This document shows, in pieces, positions 52,201 through 63,465 of a stretch of 64,000 bases of DNA. Every line of letters starts with the position of its first letter. Within the stretch, counting starts at the first letter, position 1. The notes below the pieces were generated by a model. The model was given only the letters and a program-made list of their open reading frames with translations, searched no databases and was not told where the DNA came from. Both the position numbers and the translations under genes were made by a program. The stretch is from an uncultured Nitrospinota bacterium (lineage in GTDB: Bacteria > Tectomicrobia > Entotheonellia > J063 > CAVPRW01): positions 1-64,000 of the forward strand of contig CAVPRW010000013.1 of assembly GCA_963707985.1 (NCBI GenBank), read 5' to 3'.

Positions 52201-55200
52201 GTCAGTACATGGTCGAGAAAGGTGAACGGAAAGCGGCTCGTGTCTCTTCGCGCCAGGGCGTCCAGGGCTCTGGAGGTCTCATCGGGCAGGGCGGTGACGG
52301 GGACGCCGCTGCCGACCCAGTCATCCAGGCAGAAGGCGAACAACTGGCGGCGCAGCACCTCGGCGGCGCGCAGAAACACGCCAGGCGGGGTCACCTCACC
52401 GGCCAGCATCTCCTGGGGTTGCTCGAAGAAGTACAGATCGTGCGGGCTGTTGCCATCGGCCAGCGTGGTGATCATGGCGTTGCCATCGCGGCGGCCGGCC
52501 CGGCCGACACGCTGCAGGAAGCTGGCCTGGTTGGGGGGCACGGCACAGAGTAGCACTGACGACAGGTCACCGATGTCCACGCCCATCTCCAGGGTCGGGG
52601 TGGCCGACAGCAGATTTTCGTACCACGGTTGCGGCGGCTCTGGCCTTGAAGCGCTGCTCCAGCGCTTCGCGCTCCTCGCGCTCCAGCAGGCCGGTGTGCT
52701 CCGCGGCAATGACGCGGCGCAGGTCGCCCTGGCTGAACCGGTCGGCCCACCATTCCGGCGCCTCGACCACCTCCCCGTAGTGCTCCTGTGGTGCGTCGAG
52801 GCAGGGCATGCCGATGAGGCGCTCTGCCACCTCGGCGGGGACGGTGAGCCGGCGACGCCCGGCGGTGGATTGCAGGCTGCGGGTGTGGGTGTGCAGGTCC
52901 AGGGCTTCGGGCGCCAGGGCGATCGAGTCGCCGTGACGGCTCGCGGTGCGTACGCACAGGCCCACCGCTTCCGCCACCTCGATGGCGGCGTGGTACAGCG
53001 GCTCGCAGATATGGCTCGGCAACAGTACGTCGCGTCCGAGCACCGTCTCCAGCCAGCGTTCCCACCAGGTGGTGCCGCGGGAACTGGTGAGGCGGTCGAA
53101 GTCCGCGTGCTGCCCCAGAGACAAAAACACCGGGCGCGGTGTGCGATCACTCATGCCAGGCATCCATTCACCCCGGCCCGCCGTGTTCACCAGCGTCCAG
53201 ATCGTGCCCTCGCGCGCCAGGGTGGAGAGCTCGGGGTGTAGCACGCCGCCGCGCCGTCGCAGGTGCGTCAGCCAGCCCCACAGCCACTGGAACACGGTGG
53301 CCTCAGACAGTCCCCACAGCCCGAACGACTCGTGCAGCCGCGGCGTGAGCTGCTGGGCCGCCTGCTCGACCAGCGCCGTGCGCGGTGCCAGGGCCGCTTT
53401 GCCGATGCGCTCCAGATTGCGCCCGCGGTGGCTCAGGTAGGTGAACTCGGCCACCGCCTGCCAGGCCAGCCGCTTTTGTACGCGCTCTGGCAGCAGGCTG
53501 GAAGCCGGCAGGGCGCCGTGCACCAGCAGTTCCTGGGCCCAGTCCCGCTGCCAGGTCATGTTCGGCGCGATGAACTCGGCCACAAAGCGCTCGCGGTCCA
53601 TATACAGCGGTGATCCAGGCTGGCGCCAAAGCTGCTCGAAGCGCTGCAGAAACAGTCCCAACGCAGCGACGGTGCGGCAGTGCAGTATCGAACGACCTTC
53701 GCGGAGACGGCGCAGCCGCTCCCTCTCCCTGTGGGAGAGGGTTGGGGTGAGGGGAGAGAGTGCTCTCTACCAGATAATCGATAGCCTGCGCCATGGCCAT
53801 GCGCACCGTGTTGATGTATGTCCGCGCACCGAAGAAGCCCGCACGGTGCGCGGCATCCTGCACCGAGTCGGAGAAGGCGATCAGTTTCTTGTCGTCATTG
53901 AAAGGGCTGGCCCAGCTCTCCGCCACGACCTGGGCGCCCAGGGTGGCATTGCGGGCCCCCAGCAGGACCTGCCGGTCGCGCTGGCCACAGGCCGGGCAGG
54001 TGCTGTCGTGCCACGTCATGGTGACGTTGCCTCGGGTGCGGCTGCGCGTGCCGGTGGTACGAAAGACCGCCACCAGCTCGTCATGGCCGCAGGCCTGGCA
54101 GCCTCCCGGGTTGTGCTGCAGATTGCCACAGGCGCAGCACACGTGCTGTGGTACCCCTTCGACGTACGGCAGGGGCCAATCTTCCCCGGCATACAGGCGC
54201 ACGGCCTCACTGCGCCCGCTGAACCAGGTGTTGTAGATCTCGTCCAGGCGGTTGGACAGCTTGCGGCTGGCCGGCGCCAGGCGCGACAGCCAGCCGGTGG
54301 TATGGCACTCGCTGCATTGAATCAGGGGCAGATACAAACCATCGGGCCTGGCCTTGAGGTCTTTGTCGGCGCGCAGCTCCACCTGGTCTGCGTTGGAGGT
54401 CACCTTGCCCACCATGCGGCGCAACTCACGCATCCACACCTGCAGCCGCAACGTCACCAGCGGCCCCTGCCCGCCTGGGGCCAGAGCCCAGGCCACCAGC
54501 GCCAGCAGGGCATCGAGCACCAGCCGGATGTGCGCGCCGCGCCGACTCCGGCAGCGGCCCCTGCATCTGCTGTTGCAGCTCCGGCAGGCTGATCACCCGG
54601 CCCTTGAGCAGCCTGATCAGATTGGCAAACAGTAGGTGTCGCTTGAGCATGGCTCCGAGGGTGATGCGGAACGCTCGATCGCTGACATCAGCGGGCACCG
54701 GCACCTCGGGGAAGAACACCGGCACCCAGGCCGCCAGGGCCGCTTCCGGGCTGGTGTACTGCGCCGGGTCCAGCACCGTGCCCAGGTCAGCGCGGGGTTG
54801 TAGCACGTGCTCGATGGGGGCATCACCCAGGAATTCGGCGGCGCTCAGTCGGCTCTCGGTGATCACCGCGGACTCGTCGAAGGGCACCCCAAACACCTGC
54901 CGGGCATACTCGCGCAGGGGCGCGGTATCGACCGTATCCCCCAGTGTGGCGGAGGTGCCGGTGCAGATCAGGTGGCCTGCAGGGGTGTGTAAGCGCGCCC
55001 GCAAGCGGCGCAGCAGCAGGGCGAGGTCCGTGCCCTGGGCGCCGTCAAAGGTGTGCAGTTCGTCGACCACCACGTAGCGCAGGGTGGTCGGGCCGTTGTG
55101 CTCCCACAATTGCCGGTCCCTGGGGCGGATGAGCAGGTAGTCGAGCATTTTATAATTGGTCAGCAGGATGTCGGGCGGATGCCGGCGCATGGTGTCGCGG

Positions 55201-55758
55201 TCGGTGATGACACTGTCGGCGGTCCATCAGCCTGCCCGATCCAGGGGCGCCGGCGTTGCCGCCGACAAACAGGCCGACGCGCAGCCCGTGGAAGGCCGGC
55301 GTGCTGGCGATGAAGCGGGCAAAGCGCCGCGCCTGGTCCATGGCCAGGGCGTTCATCGGGTAGATGACCAGCGCCTTGATGCCGCGCTCGCCGGCCTGAC
55401 GCGCCCGCGCGCAGTGGTCCAGCATCGGGTAGACGAAGCATTCCGTTTTGCCGCTGCCGGTGCCGGTGGCGACCAGGGTGTGCGCCGCCAACCGATCGCT
55501 GGCCAGACGCTGCCAGGCCTCGCGCTGGTGTGTGTAGGCGGGGCATTCGGTCTGGAAGCCGCTGAAAAAATCCCGGCCGGCGCTGTCATGCCGGAAGGGC
55601 AGGCCGATCTGCAGGTACGGCCCTTTCATCCAGGCCGGTTCGTTGTCGACGAAGCGACGCATGACCCCATGGAAGAAGCCATCGGCTGGCTCGAAGCCGG
55701 TGATCAGGAACTGCTTGATGCCCTGTTGGATGTCGCGCGCTAGGAGTGAGGGGAGCAT
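49290..55758 (-). pseudogene. Very large DEAD/DEAH helicase with DUF1998 (about 2150 codons, several frameshifts)
   Basis: TGTGSGKTE, YPMNALA, PPDILLTNYKMLDY, DELH, TSAT, HTGLL, TPTLEMGVDIGDL, QRVGRAGR, YDSVPGGTGY..CPC..DGCYRC. Confidence 0.88.
53721..53753 (-). repeat. REP-like palindrome within the helicase gene
   Basis: CCCTCACCCCAACCCTCTCCCACAGGGAGAGGG, read as PHPNPLPQGEG. Confidence 0.65.
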
Positions 55759-55856
55759 GGCTTATCCCTGGGGTTGCATGGTTGGAGGTCGTTCCCTACA
55801 AGCCTAATGCAAGACGCAACCGTTGATTGCCTTCGTGTATGAGCGACTGATCTCCC

Positions 55857-56120
55857 TCACCTAATACCTGCAGCACGAGGTCTTTGTGAAGTAAGGCTAA
55901 TTTGTGCATTCTGAGCACGGAGCGACGCTTCCAGTCCTGTTTTCAGAAACGACGCATGCCCAGGTTCCAGAATGAAATCCGTGCGGAGAAGCTCCTCCGG
56001 CATGGCAGAGGAGATGAGCAGGCAGACCACGTCTTCCAGACGGGGTAGAAGATCGTCCTCCACTTCCGCTCGTTCTTGCGGCGTCATTTCCTCAAGTAGC
56101 TGCGCGAGCTTTGGGGACAT
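55857..56120 (-). pseudogene. Chimeric toxin-antitoxin remnant (antitoxin N-terminus fused to PemK-like fragment)
   Basis: MSPKLAQLLEEMTPQERAEVE then DVVCLLISS...DF...TGL. Confidence 0.35.
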
Positions 56121-56136
56121 AACGGCACCTCCTGTT

Positions 56137-56532
56137 TCACGGAATGAAAATCCGTCCAGTGCCCAAGTACTGCTCTATCTCCAGGCCAATTTCGACCAGG
56201 CGGACGACGCAGCGCTCGCGGTAGGATCTTTCCCTAAGGCGCTCCACCCTCCCAATCGTGATGACCGGCAGAGACGTCGGCGTGTTCTCCTCCCGAATGG
56301 TGTGTTCGAGCGAGTCCTCGTCGTTCATGTTGCGGTTGTGCGTGAGAAGCATCATGCCGTGGGTCTGTGCGAACCGCCACACCGTTCGATCACTGCTGTC
56401 CACTGGTAAGCCCACTCGGGCAAACGTGACCAATTGGAGGGAACAAAGCTCCAGCCAGCCTTCCGCCGCGAGACTGCCCCAGAGGATCAGAACCTGCCCT
56501 TCAATATCCTGGTCAACGAGAATCGTGTTCAC
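56137..56532 (-). CDS. DUF5615-like PIN toxin
   Basis: ILVDQDIEG...SSDRTVWRFAQ...LLTHNR; GTG overlaps the antitoxin stop. Confidence 0.7.
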   Translation of the reverse strand: MNTILVDQDIEGQVLILWGSLAAEGWLELCSLQLVTFARVGLPVDSSDRTVWRFAQTHGMMLLTHNRNMNDEDSLEHTIREENTPTSLPVITIGRVERLRERSYRERCVVRLVEIGLEIEQYLGTGRIFIP

Positions 56533-56900
56533 TCCATGCCGAGCCTCGCCTTCACGGCTTGTAACTTGGCGCGCAGCTTTTCTTGCCCTGGTTTGGGAGG
56601 CGTATATGCCATTTGCTCGAGACGTTGACGATTCCGCGTGTCCCAATATTGTCGATTTTCCTCAGCGTGTTGGAGTACAGCGCGATATTCTTGCTCTACT
56701 TCATCACGGTGTGTCTCAATATAGTTCATCACATCGGTCATCTGCTTTTCAGTAAGACTGAACTCATCACGAATCAAATGCGGCGGCCATCCCGCTTCGA
56801 GGTAATCCATAATACTGTATAGTGTCAGCCGACGACCGGCTATCGATAACCCGCGGTTGGTGCGGACAACAGTCGGTTGTGGAGTTGCCTTTTCGGTCAT
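56529..56900 (-). CDS. DUF433 antitoxin
   Basis: GLSIAGRRLTLYSIMDYLEAG...LT..Q...VMNY. Confidence 0.8.
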   Translation of the reverse strand: MTEKATPQPTVVRTNRGLSIAGRRLTLYSIMDYLEAGWPPHLIRDEFSLTEKQMTDVMNYIETHRDEVEQEYRAVLQHAEENRQYWDTRNRQRLEQMAYTPPKPGQEKLRAKLQAVKARLGME

Positions 56901-56963
56901 AGATTTGCTCTCTTCCCTGGTCTATGCCGTGACCTTCGGATTAGAAATCTAATTCTGTCTCGC

Positions 56964-57317
56964 TCATTCGGGGTGAGCGAGTGCCTCTTGCACCGCTTGG
57001 GGATTATGGGCAATAACCTTCAGAAGCGTGCGAGCCGCGCGATCTGGAAAGAACCGACCTTGTTCCCAATCGCGCACGACTGACAGCGATAAGCCGAAGG
57101 TTTCAGCAAACTGTTTCTGAGAGAGATGTAACTTCTCTCGGATGGCTTTGATATTGGGCACGCGCTCAAACTGCGCTAACGGTTCCTCAGTTAGCGGTTG
57201 GGCATCCGGATCAGCGAAAGCGGCTGCTTCAACATCCGCGTCAGTCATGGCATCGAGACGTGCCCGTTGCTCAGGCGTTAAGGTCGGCTGGTGATCCGGA
57301 CCAAGTTCAAATTTCAT
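56964..57317 (-). CDS. XRE-HTH antitoxin
   Basis: IREKLHLSQKQFAETFGLS..VVRDWEQGR..PD.AARTLL. Confidence 0.85.
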   Translation of the reverse strand: MKFELGPDHQPTLTPEQRARLDAMTDADVEAAAFADPDAQPLTEEPLAQFERVPNIKAIREKLHLSQKQFAETFGLSLSVVRDWEQGRFFPDRAARTLLKVIAHNPQAVQEALAHPE

Positions 57318-57455
57318 GATATTGTCTTCGTTCACGAGGGGTCACCTTCCGTGCCGAAATAAGACGTATACTGTCCCGACGATACGTAAACACCACCAAG
57401 AGCAGCAAGTTTTCTACTATCCCGATTGCCTGGTAGCGGGATTCCTCGGGAGATG
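57307..57455 (-). pseudogene. BrnT toxin, C-terminal fragment
   Basis: E.RYQAIG....LLVVFTYR..IRLISARK.T.RERRQY. Confidence 0.75.
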
Positions 57456-57469
57456 AAGTAATTGGCCAT

Positions 57470-57745
57470 CTAAAAACGCTCATCGCGTTCTGCAATCACG
57501 ACATCCGCCATCGACCCAGGAATTTTCGAGAGCATCTGCTGTACGTCCCCTAAGCTGGGGACTTGCTCCCTTGCCTACTCGGCATACCACTGTCTCACGT
57601 CTTCGTCTTCGACGAATGCCGCCAGCTCCGCACCATTCTGCGGGAGAAGAAACATCAAATGCTGGCCTTCCCTCAGCTCCAGCTCCAACGGTGCAGCGGG
57701 ACGAAAAACGCCATTGGTATAAATCACTTCGATGTGCTTTGCCAT
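57470..57745 (-). pseudogene. DUF104/AF2212-like antitoxin with internal stop
   Basis: IEVIYTNGVFRP..PL.L.EG; TAG at 57575 then reads on to ...SMADVVIAERDERF*. Confidence 0.65.
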
Positions 57746-57854
57746 ACGTCTCCATCCCGCCACCATCTGCATACGGCCTCGTGGTGGGTGTTTTTCTGCA
57801 GCTCATGCTTGCCCCGTTTGCAGACGGAACAAGGGACCACAGCACCTGCCCACC

Positions 57855-57998
57855 TCACCACAACACCTTGACCGGATAGTGTGCAAAGACCGGATCATGG
57901 CTGATGAGCGTTGCCTCTTCAGCATTGGCTTGGGCGATCAACAGCCGGTCGAAGGGATCCTTATGATGTGCGGGTAAGCCCTGCAAAGCCAAGACATC
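57855..57998 (-). pseudogene. vapC: VapC PIN toxin, C-terminal part
   Basis: LPAHHKDPFDRLLIAQA...LISHD; the N-terminal part lies at 61180-61370. Confidence 0.8.
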
Positions 57999-58135
57999 AG
58001 ACCTGACCGGTGATGAGAAGGAAGGAGTGCGGGCAGAGCGCTTCTCATGCCGTTGCATGACGGTGTGGAGCAGCCGAAAAGGTGGTCGTAAATTCGCAAT
58101 CAACATCTAACCTCCTCGGTTAAAATCCATCGGAG

Positions 58136-59491
58136 GACCGCCGACCAGCGGGCATTGACAAGTCCGATCTCTCTTAACCAAGGAGGTTGTGATGACCACA
58201 TCGTACCGGAAATTCTTGGAGCGATCGCAGAAGGGCTTGCGTCGCATCTTACGTAAGCCGGCCTGGGATTTCAACCGGTTCCTCGCTGACCCGCGGCAGC
58301 GGAAGGGACGTCGGTGGCAGTTGCCGACCTTGATGCGGGCCTTGTTGTGTGGCTTCTTAACGAACCGAGGGAGTTTACGTGCGGTCGAGAGCTTGACCGA
58401 GTGTGGCTTTCACAAGCGCGTGCCCGACTCGACGCTCGACGATTTTGTGGGCAAGTGCTCGGGTGAGGTTGTGGCGGATTTGCGCCGACAACTGCACGCC
58501 CAAGTCCGCACGGACTGGCGCAGTAAAGCCCTCGAACCCGTGGGCTTGCCCTGTGGGGTGGTGGCCGTGGATAACAAGACCCTCTGGACGGGGCCCGTGG
58601 CGCAGGCCCACGATCCACAAGCACAAGTCGTGCATCCGAAAGACCGACCGGCCTATGCCCAGGTGAGAGCGGTGCGCGCGGTGCTGCTGTCCGCCGCATC
58701 CAAACCGGCCATCGATCAGGTCGTCATCCGCGCCACGACCAATGAGGGCGGGATGTTTCCGGAGGTCTTGCAGGAGCTGGAAGCGACCTATGCCGCGCTG
58801 ATTGAGATCTACAGCCTGGATGCCGGGTTCTGTTCGCAAGCCAATGCACGGCTGATCGCGGCAGCACACAAAGGCTCTATCTTGGGGCTGAAGGGGCATC
58901 AGCCAGAGTTGTTCCGTGAAGCCGAGCGCGTGCTTGGGGTACAGACCCAACCGGAACAGAGCAGCACCTGGGAGTGCTATCAAGGTGAGCGGATCCGCGA
59001 TCATCTCTATCGTACCACTGAGATGGAAGCTTATCTGGACTGGAGCCATCTCAAACAGGTCTGGAGAGTCGAAAAAGAGATTCGCCATGGCACGACCGGT
59101 CAGCGCGAACGCGAGCATCGTTACTATCTGACGAACCTGCACCTGGGACGGCTCAAACCGGAGCAGATCCTGAATGTGATCAGGGGACACTGGGCCATCG
59201 AGAACCATGGCAACTGGACGATGGATGTGATCTGGGATGAAGACAGCAAGGTGTGGTGTGGACAAGGCCTCGGCATACAGGTGCTGGGATTATTGCGCTT
59301 GATGGCCTACAACTTGGTGTCATGGTTGCGGTGTCGCTACTTGCACCAACGAGAACAGACCAGAGCCGAGAAGAGACGATGGCAGGAGTGTTGTGAGGTG
59401 CTGTTTCTGCTCATCTGCCACGCTGGTAGGGACCTCTTTCCGCATAAGCAGACGACCGCAGGCATCTGAAGCCGCCCGCTGGTCGGCGGTC
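58136..59491 (+). mobile_element. ISAs1-family element (transposase 58189-59469)
   Basis: DPR..GRRW.L, VAVDNK, DAGFC, LGLKGHQ, YYLTN, IRGHWAIEN..NWTMDV.WDED; perfect 18-bp IR GACCGCCGACCAGCGGGC at both ends. Confidence 0.85.
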
Positions 59492-59671
59492 ATGGCTGAT
59501 GGAATGGGGATCTTTGACAAGAACGCTGCAGCCACCTAACAGAGCGGACAGGCCATAGCCGCGCTGTGGTAGGGGAAGTGTCAGTGCGATCCGACACAGG
59601 ATTAATAAAGGGGCCTTGGCTCCTCGGGGGTACCTCTACGCAATATGTTCTCCGGTAAGCCAAGACATGAT

Positions 59672-60940
59672 TCAGATTGACAGGCAATATCTGGAGATTA
59701 TTGGTTTGTTGCTGACGCTATTTGAAAAAACAGTTCCGCAATGATTCTTCACGGTCGCCCATACTAACTCGATCGGATTTAATTCAGGGTGGTGCACCGG
59801 CAGGAAAAGTACCTTATGTCCCTTTTCTTCAGCCAAAATCTCCACCATCGGCTTCTGATCACGATATCGATCCACCTCTTGCATAAGACGCGCTCGAAGC
59901 CATGGCTCTTCCCACGTGATCCCGTGATCCGTCAGCCATTTCTGAAGGACTGCCTTGCTCATCTGGCTTGGAACGATCGCGTCTCTCGAAACCATGTGAA
60001 AGGCACAGCGATCCAGGACAATCAGACTATGCGGCGGTAGATGCAGCAGTAACTGCTCTTTGAACCACTGCTGAAACATTTCCCAATCAAACTGACCATG
60101 ATCATCACCCCGGCTCTTCTTTGATTCAAACGTCAGGAAAGCTCCCTCTATGAGAGCGTTTTCATGCATCGCATGAATAAAACACCAGCGTCGTCCTTTC
60201 CCACTCAGCCGCTCGACAAAATCATTTTCTGAAAACCAGGAATACTGCCCTCCATGATGGTGATGCAGAAAACTCTCATCGACATAGACGACACGGTATC
60301 TCTTGTCAGGGGAAAGTTGACGATTCTTTCTGATGGCATAGAGATAATCATGCCGTTGCTGGCGCACTGCCGCTTTCTCTCGCAGGGAGCGCGGTCGGTT
60401 TTTCGTTCGTAACCAACAAAACCCCATGCGGCTCAAGTGCCGTTGGACGGTTCTTGCATGACACGGAGTGTAAGTCAGCGCGCGCGCAAGAGAATGGGGC
60501 GCACGCCCCTTGTTCATCCCTTTTCATGGGGGGGCACCACCAACATCTTGAGCAAGTTCGAATTCATCTTTGAGCAGCGCATGCACATGCCTGGCATGAC
60601 AGATCGTTCCTTGACGATGCTTTTCAAATACGCACTCACGAATCCGTCCTTCGGCGGGTACCGGAATGGCTGAGGGCTGTTGACGATTACCAGGAGATGT
60701 CAATACCGGCACCTGCCCCGTGTGCCTCACGGATGTTGCGATCGTCGCCACAAGACTGCGTGCAACACCTGTATACTTGCTGGTCAGACTATAGGGATCT
60801 TGCATCCGGGCGAAGGCGCCTTCTTGGTTCTCCTTTTCAACGGTTTCGAACACCTGTTGGACCATCCATTTTTCCTCATATGTCAGTGGTCTGCCTCGTT
60901 TCCGCGGACGTTCAAACCGTTGAAAAGTCGCATCATCCAT
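59672..60940 (-). pseudogene. IS630/Tc1-mariner-type DD80E transposase, interrupted and 3'-truncated
   Basis: YVDES, GKGRRW, LIVLD, LPVHHPELNPIELVW; short insertion at about 60460-60550 splits the frame. Confidence 0.82.
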
Positions 60941-61179
60941 ATGCCAACCCTACTGAAAACATGAGGCCGTGGTGGTGACTTTAAACTATCTCAACAACAT
61001 TCATGGGGTACCGTACCCGCTCTCCGCCTCGTCACACCACACATAGCACGACCCTGCCGCAAGCAGCGGAGAAGCGGACCCCCAGCGATTGAATACGCCA
61101 CAGCAGGGAAGACAGAGTAAACGAAGTAGAGAAAAACCTCAATACTTCATTCTATTCTTTGCTGTCGGGGACAATAGTA

Positions 61180-61370
61180 ATTACCTCTGCCAAGGGGAGA
61201 TGTAGGTGTAGTTTATCCAGTTGCAGCTTAATTTGCATCTCCCAGGCACTGGCCACACTGAGGAGCAGAAGATTCGTCCGATCCTGACAGGCCGCTCGGG
61301 CGCGTGGAGAGAGCTGGTCCGGAGCACTGTCCCACCAGATGAAAGCATGCGTATCCAAGAGCACCTTCAT
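61180..61370 (-). pseudogene. vapC: VapC PIN toxin, N-terminal part
   Basis: MKVLLDTHAFIWW...SVASAWEMQIK. Confidence 0.85.
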
Positions 61371-61603
61371 GGCGCGCCTGTCCAGAATTCCTCAGGCAAT
61401 GGTTCGTCGAAGTCCTCGCTGGTCCAGATGGCACCAGGGTGTAATCCGGCGACGCGCGGTGTGGTAGCTCCCCCCATGGGCACGATGCGTGCGAGTGGTG
61501 TACTGCCTTCCGTTAAGATAATTTCTGTCCCAGCGCTCACCAACGATAAGAGCTCGATCAGGTGAGTCTGGGCCTCGTGTACGTCAACGGTTTTCGTCTG
61601 CAT
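61367..61603 (-). CDS. Phd/YefM-like antitoxin
   Basis: VDVHEAQTHL..L...G.EIILT...PLARIVP...DFDEPLP. Confidence 0.82.
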   Translation of the reverse strand: MQTKTVDVHEAQTHLIELLSLVSAGTEIILTEGSTPLARIVPMGGATTPRVAGLHPGAIWTSEDFDEPLPEEFWTGAP

Positions 61604-61734
61604 GGTGTATCCTCCGCCTCTACGATGCAGATTCTAGGACAAAAACAACGGGACGTAAAGGAAAGCTGGAAAACACGACGACAACCTATTGTTTGGTATT
61701 CAATGTCGCGCGCCGGGAGTGGGGATAGCATAGG

Positions 61735-61845
61735 TTATTCTGGAAGGGAGTTATGGGCCGTCGTCTGCAGCGCGCCCAGTGTCTCAAAAAAGGCCCAGGC
61801 AATGCGGTAGTCGTCCTCGCGGCTGGCGCGCTGGTACGGACGGAG
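61735..61845 (-). pseudogene. Probable extreme C-terminal remnant of a large DNA methyltransferase
   Basis: Hand translation PYQRASREDDYRIAWAFFE...*, recalled as the terminus of helicase-associated Eco57I-like methyltransferases. Confidence 0.5.
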
Positions 61846-61851
61846 CCCGGA

Positions 61852-62340
61852 CTACCTTTCCCCGACCGCCTGTATGACTCGCTCATACAATCGGGAACTG
61901 ACCCAGAACCCTGCCCGAGTGATTAAATCGTCGAGGACCGGTTTGAGAAGCGGCACCAGGGCCTTGTGCTTCGCCTCGACCAACACTCCAAGGACGCCCA
62001 CCACATTGAGCCCCAGCCGGCTCGCCACTGCCCGGGCACGCCGCTCATCGATCAGGACCACGTCTGCGTGAAGTTCCACCGCCAGGGCAATCGCTGCGGC
62101 TTCGCCATGATCCAACTCGCCTTGCAAAGCACGCACGACCATCTCGTTCTGCACCGGTTGGGAGACGATCCACTCCAGCGTCCGGACTTCTGCAGCGCCG
62201 GGCAGCTCTGCGTCGCTGTCGGTGAGTTCCTGGTAGACTGCGTCCGGGATGAGGACCCGCTCGTAGAGGTGCTTGAGCAGCTCCAGGTGCCCGATCACTG
62301 CCAGACTGATAAGCGGTGAAGCATCACTGACCACGATCAC
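61852..62340 (-). CDS. DUF3368 PIN-like toxin
   Basis: IVVSDASPLISL, LDHGEAAAIALA, LIDERRAR, GVLGVL. Confidence 0.88.
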   Translation of the reverse strand: MIVVSDASPLISLAVIGHLELLKHLYERVLIPDAVYQELTDSDAELPGAAEVRTLEWIVSQPVQNEMVVRALQGELDHGEAAAIALAVELHADVVLIDERRARAVASRLGLNVVGVLGVLVEAKHKALVPLLKPVLDDLITRAGFWVSSRLYERVIQAVGER

Positions 62341-62582
62341 AACCGGCCCAACCGCTGCAGGGTCTGCAAGTCTTCCTCGAAGTCAGTCACGTCGTAATGG
62401 ATGGGAATCTGACGACTCGCCAAGAGGTGCTGGAACTGGAGCCGACTCAGCTCTGCGAACCGACTCGCCTGGGCGAGGGTGAGCTTATCGCGCTGGAACA
62501 GGAGTATGGCAATTTCCTGGCGCAATTCCGCCTCGGATATCCGCGCCGACTGTAGTAGCCCATCTGGTATCGTAAGACTCAC
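62337..62582 (-). CDS. UPF0175 antitoxin
   Basis: ELRQEIAILLFQRDKLTLAQASRFA...F..LL..R.IP..Y...DFEEDL. Confidence 0.85.
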   Translation of the reverse strand: MSLTIPDGLLQSARISEAELRQEIAILLFQRDKLTLAQASRFAELSRLQFQHLLASRQIPIHYDVTDFEEDLQTLQRLGRL

Positions 62583-62849
62583 GTTGATTCTCCCATCGGT
62601 GATGCGAGGTCCGCTCTTTTCCCAGACATCTGACGACATATGGAATGGCCTTACATGTCACGTGCCGAATAGCCGTACATGTCAGCCGCGCGCAGGTGTG
62701 AGGGCAACATCGGCTTAGCCCGGTGTAAAAGCGTCTGGCGGTCGGTAATCGTCCTCGCGGCTGGGCGCGCAAAAAACGACCCAGGCCGTAAGATATGGGC
62801 GGTGGGCAGGGTTCGTCCTGCGCCGGCTGGCGCGGGCGTCGGAAGGGCT

Positions 62850-63021
62850 GCTCACCCAGCGCCTGGTCTTCCAGCATCCGTGCCTCCGGCAGGGTGAGGC
62901 GCGCTCTGGGTTGCGAGGTGCCGCCCTTGCGCGGCAGGCCGACGCCGACCAGGCCCTTGCTGTTGGTGAAGATGATGCGGCCGTGAATGTCGTACCAGAT
63001 ATCGCGCTCGTACTGCTACAT
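62850..63021 (-). pseudogene. Probable C-terminal-region remnant of a large DNA methyltransferase
   Basis: Hand translation M*QYERDIWYDIHGRIIFTNSKGLVGVGLPRK. Confidence 0.6.
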
Positions 63022-63045
63022 AACTCGGTTGCTTGTCGTTGCTCT

Positions 63046-63465
63046 TCAGGGACGCGGGGTCTCGAGCATCAAAGCCTGAAAGCCTGCCTGCACAAAATGC
63101 TGGTCAAAGGTCAAGGCCTGATGTACTCCTGTTTCGCGCATCGCCACGAACGAAACGCAGTCCACGAGTCCCTACGCCTTATCTTGATGCGATCTGTACA
63201 ATGCAAAGCCTTGTGCGAACAGATCCGGAGTGAGGGGCACCACCTCCACTTCCTCTGCGGCCAAGAACCGGGCGATGATCTCAACGGCCTCCTGCTTGTA
63301 GCTCCGAGCCAGGGCGTTTCCAATCTCCAGGAGTACCGCGTCCGTCACCAGTAAGGGATGACCTTCAAACTGCTCCGACAAGTCGAGCGCTTGTTGGTGA
63401 TATTGATCCCGGCGGTTAATCAAGGCTATCACGAAGAGCGTATCAATGAATATCCGGTTCGGCAC
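63046..63465 (-). pseudogene. vapC: VapC PIN toxin with internal TAG
   Basis: IFIDTLF..DQYH..VLLE..DKA*GLVDCVSF..ALTFDQHF. Confidence 0.85.
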
